Assembly (NCBI GenBank): GCA_965222125.1
Contig: CBDCTC010000005.1
Location: forward strand, 403,699-467,698
Source of the DNA: Dehalococcoidia bacterium
GTDB lineage: Bacteria > Chloroflexota > Dehalococcoidia > Lucifugimonadales > CAZENU01
Length of the DNA: 64,000 nucleotides
Direction: 5' to 3'
This document shows positions 19,304 to 28,631 of the stretch, in pieces (position 1 is the stretch's first letter; the number at the start of each line of letters is the position of its first letter). The position numbers and the translations under genes are program-made. Below the pieces are notes generated by a model, which ran no database searches, was not told where the DNA came from, and saw only the letters and a list, made by a program, of their open reading frames with translations.

Positions 19304-19876
19304 CTACTGCAGCAGCTCCTGGATCAGCTCCTCCAGCTTCGCCGCGTCGAGCGCCCCGCTCCACGTCCGCACGATCTCGTGGTTGCCGTTGAGGAACACG
19401 GTGCTCGGCCAGCCGATCAGCTTGTAGTCGGCGACGATCTGCGGGTTCTCGGTGTAGCCGAGGGAGAACGTCAGGCCCAGCTCGTCGACGAACGCCTGCC
19501 CGTCCTCGGCCGAGTCGAAGCCGGGGACCTGCACGGCCAGCAGCTTGAAGTCGTCGTCCTTGTGCTTCTGGGACGCCTCCTCGAAGTCGGGCATTTCGAC
19601 CCTGCACGGCCCGCACGATGGGTACCAGAAATTCACGACGGTCGGCTGGCCTGCGAAGTCGGACAGCTTTGCCGCCTCGCCGGCCGTGTTGTTGGCGTTG
19701 CCGAACAGCACCACGTCCAGCTCCGGCGCCGGTTGGCCCGCCGGGATGCCGCCGGAGCAGGACGCCGCCAGCACCGCGACTACGGCCGCAGCCGCCCATA
19801 GGAGACGCGGCCGGGAGCCGGCCGGGCGTCTGAGAGTCCATCCAAGGGCCGTTTTCAGCGTGTAGATCATGCTCAT
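19304..19876 (-). CDS. TlpA/ResA-family thiol:disulfide oxidoreductase (lipoprotein)
   Basis: Lipobox-like VLAASC. Thioredoxin motif VVNFWYPSCGPCRVEMP. Confidence 0.85.
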   Translation of the reverse strand: MSMIYTLKTALGWTLRRPAGSRPRLLWAAAAVVAVLAASCSGGIPAGQPAPELDVVLFGNANNTAGEAAKLSDFAGQPTVVNFWYPSCGPCRVEMPDFEEASQKHKDDDFKLLAVQVPGFDSAEDGQAFVDELGLTFSLGYTENPQIVADYKLIGWPSTVFLNGNHEIVRTWSGALDAAKLEELIQELLQ

Positions 19877-19953
19877 CTCTCCCCTAGCTCGTTTCGCCGT
19901 GCTTTCATTCTATTCGATGCTAGGTACGGGCGCGGGGGATGCGGAGGCGCCGG

Positions 19954-21195
19954 TCAGTCCGTATCCGGCTCCTGCATCAGCTCCGCCGCGTGCCGCATCA
20001 GGACCTTCGCGCGGTCGTTCGGCACCTGCCTGGATTCGAGGTAGAGCCGCAGCGCCTCGCGCGGTTCGAGCCCGTCGGACGCCCGGTGGCCGAGGCGGTT
20101 CCGTGGCTGCTCGGCGACCTCGCGCGATATCGACGCGACGAAGTGGGCGCCCTCCAGTGCCTGTCTGATCTCCTCCTGCCTCAGGTACGCGTTCTGCTCC
20201 GCCTGCAGCCTGATCGATACCCTGACTATGGCGCCTTCGATATGTCGGCTCCGGATGGCCTGCACGACGCTGGCCGTCGGGTCCGCATCGCCCCGGCGGA
20301 CGTCGACCTCGACGGTGAGGAAGCGTCTGGCGTCGACGTGGCGGAACTGGAAGTCCTCCGCCTTCACCCGCTGCCCGGCCGGCTGTGACGGGTCCAGGTC
20401 GATCACGCAGAAGCCTTTGTCGTCCTTCTCCTCGCCGAAGTCGACCCGCTGCAGGCTCCCCGAATAGACCATGAGCGGGTTGTGGCCGAGCACCTGGTGC
20501 CGGTGGACGTGTCCGAGCGCCACGTAGTCGAGCTGCGGCAGCGACAGGTCGCTCTTCAGCAGGACGTGGTCCGTGCCCAGCATCATCGACTGCTCCGACC
20601 CGGCCGCGGCCTCGCTGACGGACACGTGTCCAGCGAACACCGCCGGGACGCTTTCGTCCAACTCGGACGCCTGCAGCCGAATGTTGTCCGCCAACGAGCG
20701 CTGTATTGCTTCGTTAACCTTGTCGGGCGTCAGGCCGCGCATATTTTCGCGGGCGAGAAAGCCGCTGCGCCGGATCCAAGGCAGGGCGACGATCTGCAGC
20801 GGGCCGTCCCGGGTCTCGACGACGTACGTGCCGGCGCGGTCTCCGTTGTAGACGTTGGGCACGTCGAGGGTGCGGAAGATCTCCAGCGCGGTCGCCCTGC
20901 TCGCGACGTGGGGCATGTCGTGGTTGCCCAGCAGCAGGAAGACCGGCACGCCGGCCGTCGAGAGGCGCGCGACGCGCCTGGCGAACTCGCGCTGGTGGGT
21001 CTGGGACGGGTCGCGGCTCTTGTAGGCGTCGCCGCAGAACAGCGCCAGGTCGGCGCCCTCGTCGATCGCGTAGTCGACGACCTCGTCCAGCGACGCGAGA
21101 AAGTCGCCGAGCCGCGTCGACAGCCCCGTCTCAGGGTCGGGCCGACCGTAGTTCTCCACGCCGATGTGCACGTCGGAGAAGTGGACTATGCGCAT
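19954..21195 (-). CDS. sbcD: SbcD/Mre11-family nuclease
   Basis: Start at MRIVHFSDVHIG. GDAYKSRDP, LLGNHD and GHVH are calcineurin-like phosphoesterase motifs. No sbcC lies adjacent. Confidence 0.85.
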   Translation of the reverse strand: MRIVHFSDVHIGVENYGRPDPETGLSTRLGDFLASLDEVVDYAIDEGADLALFCGDAYKSRDPSQTHQREFARRVARLSTAGVPVFLLLGNHDMPHVASRATALEIFRTLDVPNVYNGDRAGTYVVETRDGPLQIVALPWIRRSGFLARENMRGLTPDKVNEAIQRSLADNIRLQASELDESVPAVFAGHVSVSEAAAGSEQSMMLGTDHVLLKSDLSLPQLDYVALGHVHRHQVLGHNPLMVYSGSLQRVDFGEEKDDKGFCVIDLDPSQPAGQRVKAEDFQFRHVDARRFLTVEVDVRRGDADPTASVVQAIRSRHIEGAIVRVSIRLQAEQNAYLRQEEIRQALEGAHFVASISREVAEQPRNRLGHRASDGLEPREALRLYLESRQVPNDRAKVLMRHAAELMQEPDTD

Positions 21196-21338
21196 GAATG
21201 CTCGACCACGCTGGAGGACCGCTGTTGGAGCTGCCGCCAGTGTAACACCGCGGCAGAGCCCGCAGGCACCGCCACGCGGAACAGGGCAGGGGGCGGCCAA
21301 CGTCTCATGGGCCGACCCTTAACCGGCGCCCCTGGCGC

Positions 21339-22514
21339 CTATCGCAGCGGGTCGCCGTCGAGCAGGTCGCCGCTCCAGAGGCGGCGTACGAATGTCTCCG
21401 CGGGCAGAATGTCGATCCCGTCGTCCGTCCGCCGGGCCCGGGGCTCGAGGCACACGACGACGCGGCGGCCGGTCTCGGGATACTCCTGGGCGATGGAGCG
21501 CAGGCCCTTCAGATGGTTGCGGTCGACCTTGGCGCTCGCCTTCGCCTCGACCGCAAGCCGCACGTCGCCGAGCACGAAGTCGACCTCGATGCCGCTTGGG
21601 AGGCGCCAGTACGACAGCTCGTCGTCGACCTCGCGGTAGCCGACGAACGCGGACAACTCGTGATGGACCCAGTTCTCGAAGGCCTTTCCGTAGAGCTCGG
21701 ACCCGGGCACGACCTCTCCCCGGCGGGCCAGCCGGTTCACCACGCCGACGTCCGCGAAGTAGAACTTGGGAGCGGCGGTGAGCCTGCGCTTGCGCCGCCT
21801 GCGGTATGCGGGCAGCCAGCGTCCCAGCAGTGTGTCTTCCAGGATGCCGAAGTAGCTCTTGGCCGTGGGGCTCGACACGCCGCACTCGCGGGCGACGTTC
21901 GACACGTTGACAGCCTCGCCGTCGCTGAGGGCCGCGGTGTCGAGGAAGCCGGAGAATGCCGGCAGGTTGCGGACGAGGCCCTCAGCGGCGACCTCCTCCC
22001 TGAGATAGTCGGCCACGTAGGCGTCGAGCAGCCGCGTGGGCCGGCTAGCCTCGTATATCCTGGGCAGGTAGCCGTGGTTGAGCATCCTGGGCAGGTCGAA
22101 GTCGTCGCCGAGCTCGCCGGCGGTCAGGCCGCGCAGCTCCAGCCGGACGGCGCGGCCTCCGAGCAGGTTCGCGGCCCCGCGCCGTACCTTGCGGGCGCTG
22201 GAGCCGCATAGCCCGAAGCTGAGGCCCCGGTTCTCCATCAGCCAGTGGACCTCGTCGAGCAGGGCGGGTACCTTCTGCACCTCGTCGATGACGACCTGGC
22301 GCGTCGGGTCCGGCCCATCCGCCTCTATCTCCTGGCGCAGAAGCTCGGGGTTGACCGAGTACCGCCGGAACTCGTCGCTCTTGAGCAGGTCGACCCAGCG
22401 GGCGTCCGGGTAGGACTGCCTGAGCAGGGTCGTCTTCCCCGCCTGGCGGGGCCCCCACAGGAAGAACGTCTCGGTTCCCGGTAGGGGCAGTTTGAGGAGC
22501 CGCTTCGTGAGCAT
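21339..22514 (-). CDS. AAA-family ATPase with DUF4143-type C-terminal domain
   Basis: Walker A FLWGPRQAGKTTLL and Walker B VVIDEVQ. The C-terminal KFYFADVGV...EVDFVL pattern is typical of AAA_14/DUF4143 proteins. Confidence 0.8.
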   Translation of the reverse strand: MLTKRLLKLPLPGTETFFLWGPRQAGKTTLLRQSYPDARWVDLLKSDEFRRYSVNPELLRQEIEADGPDPTRQVVIDEVQKVPALLDEVHWLMENRGLSFGLCGSSARKVRRGAANLLGGRAVRLELRGLTAGELGDDFDLPRMLNHGYLPRIYEASRPTRLLDAYVADYLREEVAAEGLVRNLPAFSGFLDTAALSDGEAVNVSNVARECGVSSPTAKSYFGILEDTLLGRWLPAYRRRRKRRLTAAPKFYFADVGVVNRLARRGEVVPGSELYGKAFENWVHHELSAFVGYREVDDELSYWRLPSGIEVDFVLGDVRLAVEAKASAKVDRNHLKGLRSIAQEYPETGRRVVVCLEPRARRTDDGIDILPAETFVRRLWSGDLLDGDPLR

Positions 22515-22529
22515 GGCACCTCATTGTAC

Positions 22530-22575
22530 CATGCAATACTAAAGCGGCGGTTTAACATATCATGTAATATTAAAG
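22530..22575. repeat. Two 15-nt direct repeats (catgcaatactaaag / catgtaatattaaag), 31 nt centre-to-centre, in the AT-rich divergent region
   Basis: Read directly: 13 of 15 positions identical. They lie immediately upstream of the ATPase start codon (22514, minus strand). Confidence 0.6.
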
Positions 22576-22681
22576 TATAGCTTCAGGTTTGCCCGTCAAC
22601 ACAGGCATGCGCGGCAAGCGGTAACTCCGCTAGGCGTTCCAATTGTCACTTTCGCTGATGGACCGTGTGGCGCTTGCCCCA

Positions 22682-22687
22682 TATAAT
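22682..22687 (+). promoter_or_regulatory. Candidate -10 box (TATAAT) for the AIPR gene
   Basis: A perfect TATAAT lies 48 nt upstream of ATG 22735. The RBS gagga is at 22724-22728. No clear -35 element. Confidence 0.35.
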
Positions 22688-22734
22688 GGGTTGGACTAGA
22701 TGCCGGTCGTCGACTCCCCCAACGAGGAACTTCC

Positions 22735-24531
22735 ATGCCTACCCGTCAACAGCGCGAAGAGCAAAGAGCCCGGGAAATCGAGAGAATCACAAACAGGGTG
22801 AAGTCCCCTGCCAATCGACTGTTCGACGGTGATCTGGCGAAAGGATTCCTGTATTGGGCGGCGAACCTTCACTTAGATCAGACTCCGAACGAGCCAACGG
22901 TCGACGACCTACTATCCAACATCACGGATGGCAAGGACGACTTGGAGTTGGATGCGTACTACGTTGACGATGACGCTATGATTGTCTACCTCTTCCAGTC
23001 AAAGTATCGCTCCAAGCCCGGCAACCTCAGGATGGCCGACCTCGCTAGCTTCGTTGAAGTGCCGAGTAAACTGGCGACACCGCAGGTCCTTGCAGAGATT
23101 TCAAACGAACAGATATTGGAGTTCGCTCCCACGTTCCGTCGCGTGCTCCTCGGGGGGTACGAACTCCACCTTGTCTACCTCACGACGTTGCGTACAACCA
23201 AGCAGTTACAGGCTCGCGCAAGTGCGTGGGCAGGCAACCCCCTGACGCTTTCCATCGGTGGGGAGAGCATCGACGTTCCTCACTTCGTGACCCTTATGGA
23301 CATCGACTATCTGACCAGAGTGATCGATTCCCTGAATGAAGTCAGGGAGATTGAGCTGACGTTGGAGATAGATCCGTCAGGCTACCATCAATTGAGGTCA
23401 GGCGGATTCAGATGTCTGATCGCCTCCTTGGGTCTCAAGGAGTTGGCCGCGACATTTGATGAACACGGATACGCGATATTCCGGTACAACCCGAGAGGGC
23501 CTCTAGGGGCGGTCGCTGTAAACAAAGAGATCAAGGACACTCTAGAAGATCGGTCTCGGAGGGATCGGTTCCAGCTCATGAACAACGGCCTTTCGGCCGT
23601 TTGTACATCCTTCGCTGTAGCGGAACTGAACGATGCCCGTGCCGCGAGAGTCAATGTACGCGACTTTCAGATAGTCAATGGCTGCCAGACGACCTATAGC
23701 GTGTACGATCACTGGCGGAGGGGAGGTGAACTGGGTGGTGCCACGGTAACGCTGAAATTGGTCGAAGACCCATCATCCAACTTGAGGCATGAGATTAGCG
23801 CAGCCAGCAACAAGCAGTCTCAAATGAAGGATTGGGACTTTCTGTTCGACCAGCCTGATCAGGACCGGCTCCATACGGAATTCTTGAACCTTGATCCGCC
23901 GGTGTTCTATGAATTGAGACGTGGGCAGTACAAGTACATGGCTGGCCGTCCCGACGCCGTAAGGGCGACGGTCAAGGACATCGCCCAGACTATGTGGGCC
24001 TTCGTCGGGGCACCGGGCGAGGCGAAGGACAGACTGCGGGAGATTCCACGTTCAAGATCGAATCTTCACGGCGCTTACAGGCAGGTGTTCTTTCCAGAGA
24101 TTCAGGCCGAACGCCTCAGGCTCCCATGGTTGGTTTACGAAAGAGTCCAAGATGAATGGAAGAGTTACAGCGACAGGACCGGCAAGCGCACTGATGAGCG
24201 AGCACACGGCAGGTTGCACGTCTTGTGGCTCATTGGAAGGAGCATTGTCCAGCTGCAAGGCGCGTCCGCGTACCGGGATGTGCCTATTGCAAGGGTGAAC
24301 CGGCTGACGGAAACCTTGGACGAGTGGTTTCCAGATCATCACAAGGTCGCCGTCGAAACCATCACATACGTTGTGGAAGTCAAACAGGACAGTGCCAAAC
24401 TGTCGGGGATACAGGTGCAGCTAAGGCAACTGTTTCGGTCAGCAGACAACTATGACGATTTCATGAGGCGTCACGACAGGCTGATACAGGAACGATGGCC
24501 TACGTCCGGTAAAGGCCTGGCTGTCGCTTAG
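22735..24531 (+). CDS. AIPR-family abortive-infection protein with N-terminal PD-(D/E)xK-like motif
   Basis: 598 aa. LELDAYYVDDDAMIVYLFQSKY (D...QxK nuclease-like). FQLMNNGLSAVC...FQIVNGCQTT is the hallmark AIPR core. The gene is AT-richer than its flanks. Confidence 0.85.
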   Translation: MPTRQQREEQRAREIERITNRVKSPANRLFDGDLAKGFLYWAANLHLDQTPNEPTVDDLLSNITDGKDDLELDAYYVDDDAMIVYLFQSKYRSKPGNLRMADLASFVEVPSKLATPQVLAEISNEQILEFAPTFRRVLLGGYELHLVYLTTLRTTKQLQARASAWAGNPLTLSIGGESIDVPHFVTLMDIDYLTRVIDSLNEVREIELTLEIDPSGYHQLRSGGFRCLIASLGLKELAATFDEHGYAIFRYNPRGPLGAVAVNKEIKDTLEDRSRRDRFQLMNNGLSAVCTSFAVAELNDARAARVNVRDFQIVNGCQTTYSVYDHWRRGGELGGATVTLKLVEDPSSNLRHEISAASNKQSQMKDWDFLFDQPDQDRLHTEFLNLDPPVFYELRRGQYKYMAGRPDAVRATVKDIAQTMWAFVGAPGEAKDRLREIPRSRSNLHGAYRQVFFPEIQAERLRLPWLVYERVQDEWKSYSDRTGKRTDERAHGRLHVLWLIGRSIVQLQGASAYRDVPIARVNRLTETLDEWFPDHHKVAVETITYVVEVKQDSAKLSGIQVQLRQLFRSADNYDDFMRRHDRLIQERWPTSGKGLAVA

Positions 24532-24557
24532 CGGGTACCTTTGACTGGGACGTGGGC

Positions 24558-24842
24558 TCACCAACTGAAGTGCAGCATCACCACATCGCTGTTCCAGGGT
24601 AGGCTGTTCACCCAAGACCGCACTTGTGTTTCGGCTTCCGGGCCGAGACTCTTTGCGGTAACGTAGCTTTCCACCAAGGCTAGTAGGTGGTCGCGCTCGT
24701 ACTCCGCGAATACGTTCGCCCCGTCTGACACCTGCCAATCAGCCTCGCAACTGTACGTGATCAGATGGCGGGCAAACTCGAGCGCTGTCTCCTTCGGCCT
24801 GTCCAGATACGAGATTCTCACGACGCCAATGTCCAGTCCCAT
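24558..24842 (-). CDS. Hypothetical 94-aa protein
   Basis: Strong RBS (ggaggtgacatATG). Convergent with the AIPR gene, stops 26 nt apart. No recognised motif. Confidence 0.55.
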   Translation of the reverse strand: MGLDIGVVRISYLDRPKETALEFARHLITYSCEADWQVSDGANVFAEYERDHLLALVESYVTAKSLGPEAETQVRSWVNSLPWNSDVVMLHFSW

Positions 24843-24980
24843 ATGTCACCTCCATCCGATCTGGGGACCGGGCATTCTAGCGGACCTTGGCGGAAAAGGG
24901 AGGACCTGCCGGCCTCAGCCGACCCCCGGTCAGTCAAGGCCCGGTGGAGGGTACGGTGAGGGTCCGGTTCGCTCGCCCGC

Positions 24981-25456
24981 TCACTCCGCGTCGTCCATGA
25001 GCAGCTGCGCTGTAGATCGTTGCAGGGCGTCGGCCAGGGCGGTGAGCGTCTCGAAGCGCGGGAGGTGTTCCCCGTTCTCGATTCGCACGAGGGTGACGCG
25101 GCCTATTCTGGCCTTGCGGGTCAGATGCTGCTGCGTCATGCCCGCCCGCTTGCGGAGCGATCGAATGCGGCGGCCCGTGGCGTCCCTGCCGTGCGGCGTC
25201 GTGGCTTCCGCACGGGCCCGATACCGGGGTCGCAGTAGTGGCGGGCGAAGTCCCAGGGGATGTCGACTGCCTCGCCCGTCGCAGTTCGGAGGATCAGCTC
25301 CTGCGGGCTGGGCAGCTCGAGGCCGGCGAGCCGCTTGCCCTCCATGCCGCGGGCATCGCTGAACGGTATGACGCCGGAGCCTCCATCGGCGAACGTGACC
25401 TCTACACCAGTCGAGAGTGCGCGCACGGATGTCATCAACTGGTCGGCGTTCTTCAT
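24981..25456 (-). pseudogene. DUF2442-like / XRE-HTH fusion (antitoxin-like regulator), frame-disrupted at G4 run 25226-25229
   Basis: N-terminal part: MKNADQLMTSVRALSTGVEVTFADGG...AVDIPWDFARHYCDPG. After the shift: ...DATGRRIRSLRKRAGMTQQHLTRKARIGRVTLVRIENGEHLPRFETLTALADALQRSTAQLLMDDAE* (XRE HTH). Confidence 0.7.
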
Positions 25457-25712
25457 CGTCGCGCTGGCCGACGCCTTACCCTGTGACTGACGGCGGTGCC
25501 GGCCGGAAAGCGGTACACGGGCGCGACGCCTCGCGGGTCCTGCTCGATCAGCGCGAAGAGCCGGCTGAACGTCGATTCCGAGCACAGCCTGTCTCCGCAG
25601 ATGTCGCAGACGCGAGCCGGGACGTCTTCGACAACCACCGTCCGCCCTCCCGTTTGGGCGGCACGACGGCCAGCTTGTCGACATACTGCCCGGGACACAG
25701 ATCACACTTCAC
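25453..25712 (-). pseudogene. YgiT-type zinc-finger (MqsA N-terminal-like) protein, paralogue 2, frame-disrupted near 25642-25661
   Basis: VKCDLCPGQYVDKLAVVPPKREGG in one frame, then RTVVVEDVPARVCDICGDRLCSESTF...PVYRFP in another. It aligns with the intact paralogue at 25725..25955. ATGA overlap with the next gene. Confidence 0.7.
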
Positions 25713-25724
25713 AGCTCGCCGCGC

Positions 25725-25955
25725 TCACGCCACCTCCTTGGGGAAGCGGTAGATGGGCGACGAGTAGGCAGGCTCGCCCTCCAGGGCGCGCTCAATGCCT
25801 TTGGAGGCCTTCTCGGTGAAGATCTGATCGCCACAGACGTCGCACACCAGGGCCGGTACGTCTTCCACCACCAGCAGCCGGTCGCCGCGGCGGGCGCTGA
25901 ACAGGACAGGCTTGTCCTTATAGGTTCCGGTGTGGCACGCGGTGCATTTCGTCAT
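25725..25955 (-). CDS. YgiT-type zinc-finger protein (MqsA-like antitoxin N-terminal domain), intact
   Basis: 76 aa. MTKCTACHTGTY...LLVVEDVPALVCDVCGDQIF...PIYRFP has two CxxC pairs. Confidence 0.75.
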   Translation of the reverse strand: MTKCTACHTGTYKDKPVLFSARRGDRLLVVEDVPALVCDVCGDQIFTEKASKGIERALEGEPAYSSPIYRFPKEVA

Positions 25956-26259
25956 CTATGTCCCTCGCGTCACGGCTGTGGTCCAGTACGGCGCCATCGG
26001 TTCGTACGCAGTAATGACCAGCGCGGGCGACAGCGTCGTCGTTATCACAACGTGCAGGTCGCGTTTCGCATCAGTCTGCCCGTAGACCAAGCAGCAGGGG
26101 CCGCGCCTGTGCGCCGGATAGTCCTCGACGATTATACCATTCAGCAGGGCTTGCACGATTTCGTCGTAGCCTCGCCTCGACGGCCGCCTCTTGCTGGGCG
26201 TGGAGCGACAGCACGACGCCGCTCGTTCGGATGGTCTCCTTCAGGCGCTCCCAGCTCAT
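25956..26259 (-). pseudogene. DUF4258-family toxin-like protein, frame-disrupted near 26166-26176
   Basis: [29 protein letters not shown] in one frame. YDEIVQALLNGIIVEDYPAHRRGPCCLVYGQTDAKRDLHVVITT...VITAYEP in the next, a DUF4258 pattern. Its ATG overlaps the glyQS stop (ATGA). Confidence 0.7.
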
Positions 26260-27617
26260 TGGGCAAAGCGGCGGCGCAGCTCATCGATCAGGTTGGCGAT
26301 CGGGACGCGGTCCTGGGCCATCGTGTCGCGGTCGCGGATGGTGACCTTCTGGTCGTCGAGCGTGTCGAAGTCGACGGTGACGCACAGCGGCGTGCCCACC
26401 TCGTCCTGCCGTCGGTAGCGGCGCCCGATGCTCTGGGCGTCGTCGTACTGCACGAGGCCCTCGACGGCGCCCGAGCCCCGGACGAGGTCGTGGATCTCGC
26501 GGGCCGTCGGCGCCAGGCGTTCGTTGCGGCTCAGCGGCAGCACGGCGACCTTGACGGGGGCCAGGGTAGGGTGCAGCTTGAGCACGACGCGCTTCTCGGG
26601 CTTGCCCTTCGCGCTCACCGCCTCCTCCTCGGAGTAGGCGTCGACGAGGAAGGTCATCACAGAGCGGTCGACGCCGGCGGACGGTTCGATGACGTAGGGT
26701 GTGTAGCGCTCCCTGGTCTGCTCGTCGAAGTAGGTGAGCGACTCGCCGCTCGCCTCCGAGTGCGCTTTCAGGTCGTAGTCGGTCCGGTTGCAGATGCCCT
26801 GTATCTCGCCCCAGCCCCAGGGATAGCGGTACTCGACGTCGTAGGTCGCCTTGGCGTAGTGGGCGAGCTCGTCCGGCTCGTGGGCCCGCAGGCGCAGCGC
26901 GTCCGGGTCGACGCCCAGGCCCGTGTACCAGGCCATGCAGTCGTCGAGCCACCGTCGGTGCCACTCCTCGTCCTCTCCGGGCTTGACGAAGAACTCGATC
27001 TCCATCATCTCGAACTCGCGGGTGCGGAAGATGAAGTTGCCGGTGGTGATCTCGTTGCGGAAGGCCTTGCCGATCTGCGCGACGCCGAAGGGCGGCCTGC
27101 GGCGCGTCGACGTGACGATGTTGTCGAAGTTGACGAAGATGCCCTGGGCCGTCTCGGGGCGCAGGTGCACCCGGCTGTCGTCCGACTGGACGGGCCCCAC
27201 GTGGGTCTCGAACATCAGGTTGAAGTCGCGCGCGTCGGTGAAGGTGCCCCTCTCGCCGCATTCGGGGCAGGCGTCGCCCTCTAGCTGGTCCTCGCGATAG
27301 CGGCGTCGGCAGCTCGTGCAGTCGACCAGGGGGTCGGTGAAGCGCCCGACGTGGCCGCTGGCGACCCAGACCGACGGGTGCATCAGTATGGCGGCGTCGA
27401 GGCCGACCATGTCGCGGCGGCCCCACACGAAGGTCTGCCACCACGACCGCTTGACGTTGTTCTTGAGCTCGACGCCGAGGGGACCATAGTCCCACGTGCT
27501 GGCGAGCCCGCCGTAGATCTCGCTGCTCTGGAAAAGAAAGCCCCTGCGCTTGCACAGAGACGTGATGGTCTGGAGATCGATCCGTTCGGAGTTTTCTGAC
27601 ACTGGTGCCTCACTCAT
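26256..27617 (-). CDS. glyQS: Glycine--tRNA ligase (dimeric class II type)
   Basis: 453 aa. [58 protein letters not shown] motifs. Confidence 0.93.
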   Translation of the reverse strand: MSEAPVSENSERIDLQTITSLCKRRGFLFQSSEIYGGLASTWDYGPLGVELKNNVKRSWWQTFVWGRRDMVGLDAAILMHPSVWVASGHVGRFTDPLVDCTSCRRRYREDQLEGDACPECGERGTFTDARDFNLMFETHVGPVQSDDSRVHLRPETAQGIFVNFDNIVTSTRRRPPFGVAQIGKAFRNEITTGNFIFRTREFEMMEIEFFVKPGEDEEWHRRWLDDCMAWYTGLGVDPDALRLRAHEPDELAHYAKATYDVEYRYPWGWGEIQGICNRTDYDLKAHSEASGESLTYFDEQTRERYTPYVIEPSAGVDRSVMTFLVDAYSEEEAVSAKGKPEKRVVLKLHPTLAPVKVAVLPLSRNERLAPTAREIHDLVRGSGAVEGLVQYDDAQSIGRRYRRQDEVGTPLCVTVDFDTLDDQKVTIRDRDTMAQDRVPIANLIDELRRRFAQ

Positions 27618-27737
27618 GCCGCCGGAGCGTCCCTTCGGGCCGGGACGTCGGGGCGACTCAAAGGTAGCAACCCGCGCGGCCGTTAGTCAAAAGCGTGGCC
27701 GTCTCGGGTTCCCCAACTATCCACCGTCCACTATCCA

Positions 27738-28514
27738 CTATTTCCGACGGGCGAAGAGCAGGCCGGACCAGGTGGAGTCGATGGCGCAGATCTTGTAGTC
27801 GACCAGGCCGGCCGCGAGGCCGATCTCCCGCACGACCGGCTCGCTCACGTCCGTGACGACGCCCGACGCCTTCTTGGGCCACGCGAGCCAGAGCCGCCCG
27901 CCGTCGGGCATGGCATCTCTCATATCGGGGACGCCCGTCTCCAGGTGGGCGCGCGCCATCGTGAACAGGATGATGACTTCCGGCCTGTCGGCGACGCCCC
28001 GGCGCAGCTTCACGCCCTCCGGCAGTTTCCCGAGGGTCTGCTCGAAGTCCGGCGGCGCGTCGACCAGCGCGACGGTCGCGCCCTGCTTGATGCCGAGCTT
28101 CTTGGGCAGGGGGGTGCCCGAGTAGCCCGCGAGGGTGGACGCCGGGACGACCGGGTCCGCCGGCGGGTTGGCGATGGCGTCTTCGATCGCGGCGGCGGCG
28201 TCCTCCCACGCGGCGTAGACGGCGTCGGGCAGCCGCTCCCGTGCACGGGCGACCTTGTCCGCGGCGCCGCCGACGAACACGAGAGGAACGCGTCGGGTGG
28301 CCTTGCGTTCGCGGACGTAGATGCCGACGTCGCGGCCGTGGGACGGCAGCCGCGTCAGGTCGATCACGAACGCGTCGGGCGGGTCATTGGCGAGGCCGCG
28401 CAGCGTGTTGGGATCGAGGGGCTCGTACGCGACTTCGTACCCCGCGTCGGCGAGCTGCTCGACCCGGGGCCGCGCCTCTTCGGGCCTCCAGTGGATCAGA
28501 CGTATGCGGGCCAT
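27738..28514 (-). CDS. Hypothetical protein, DUF3052-like C-terminal half with a receiver-like N-terminal half
   Basis: 258 aa. The C-terminal PLPKKLGIKQGATVALVDAPPDF...RLWLAWPKKASG...KICAIDSTWSGL resembles DUF3052. Confidence 0.5.
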   Translation of the reverse strand: MARIRLIHWRPEEARPRVEQLADAGYEVAYEPLDPNTLRGLANDPPDAFVIDLTRLPSHGRDVGIYVRERKATRRVPLVFVGGAADKVARARERLPDAVYAAWEDAAAAIEDAIANPPADPVVPASTLAGYSGTPLPKKLGIKQGATVALVDAPPDFEQTLGKLPEGVKLRRGVADRPEVIILFTMARAHLETGVPDMRDAMPDGGRLWLAWPKKASGVVTDVSEPVVREIGLAAGLVDYKICAIDSTWSGLLFARRK

Positions 28515-28631
28515 GCCCCTATTCTACCGGAGCCCTCGCGTTCACCCTTCGATACACCCCGACCGGGGCGTCGGGGCACTTGGGACGAACGGCGAGGCTC
28601 GGCATGAGCGGTTGCGCGGGATGGCCGGCGG

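Noticed and set aside
19954-22514. DUF4143 ATPase + SbcD as a Lamassu- or Gabija-like defence pair
   Set aside because: There is no SMC-like coiled-coil ATPase, no OLD/TOPRIM or helicase partner, both genes have the high GC of the core genome, and DUF4143 ATPases are ubiquitous. Kept only as a low-interest note.
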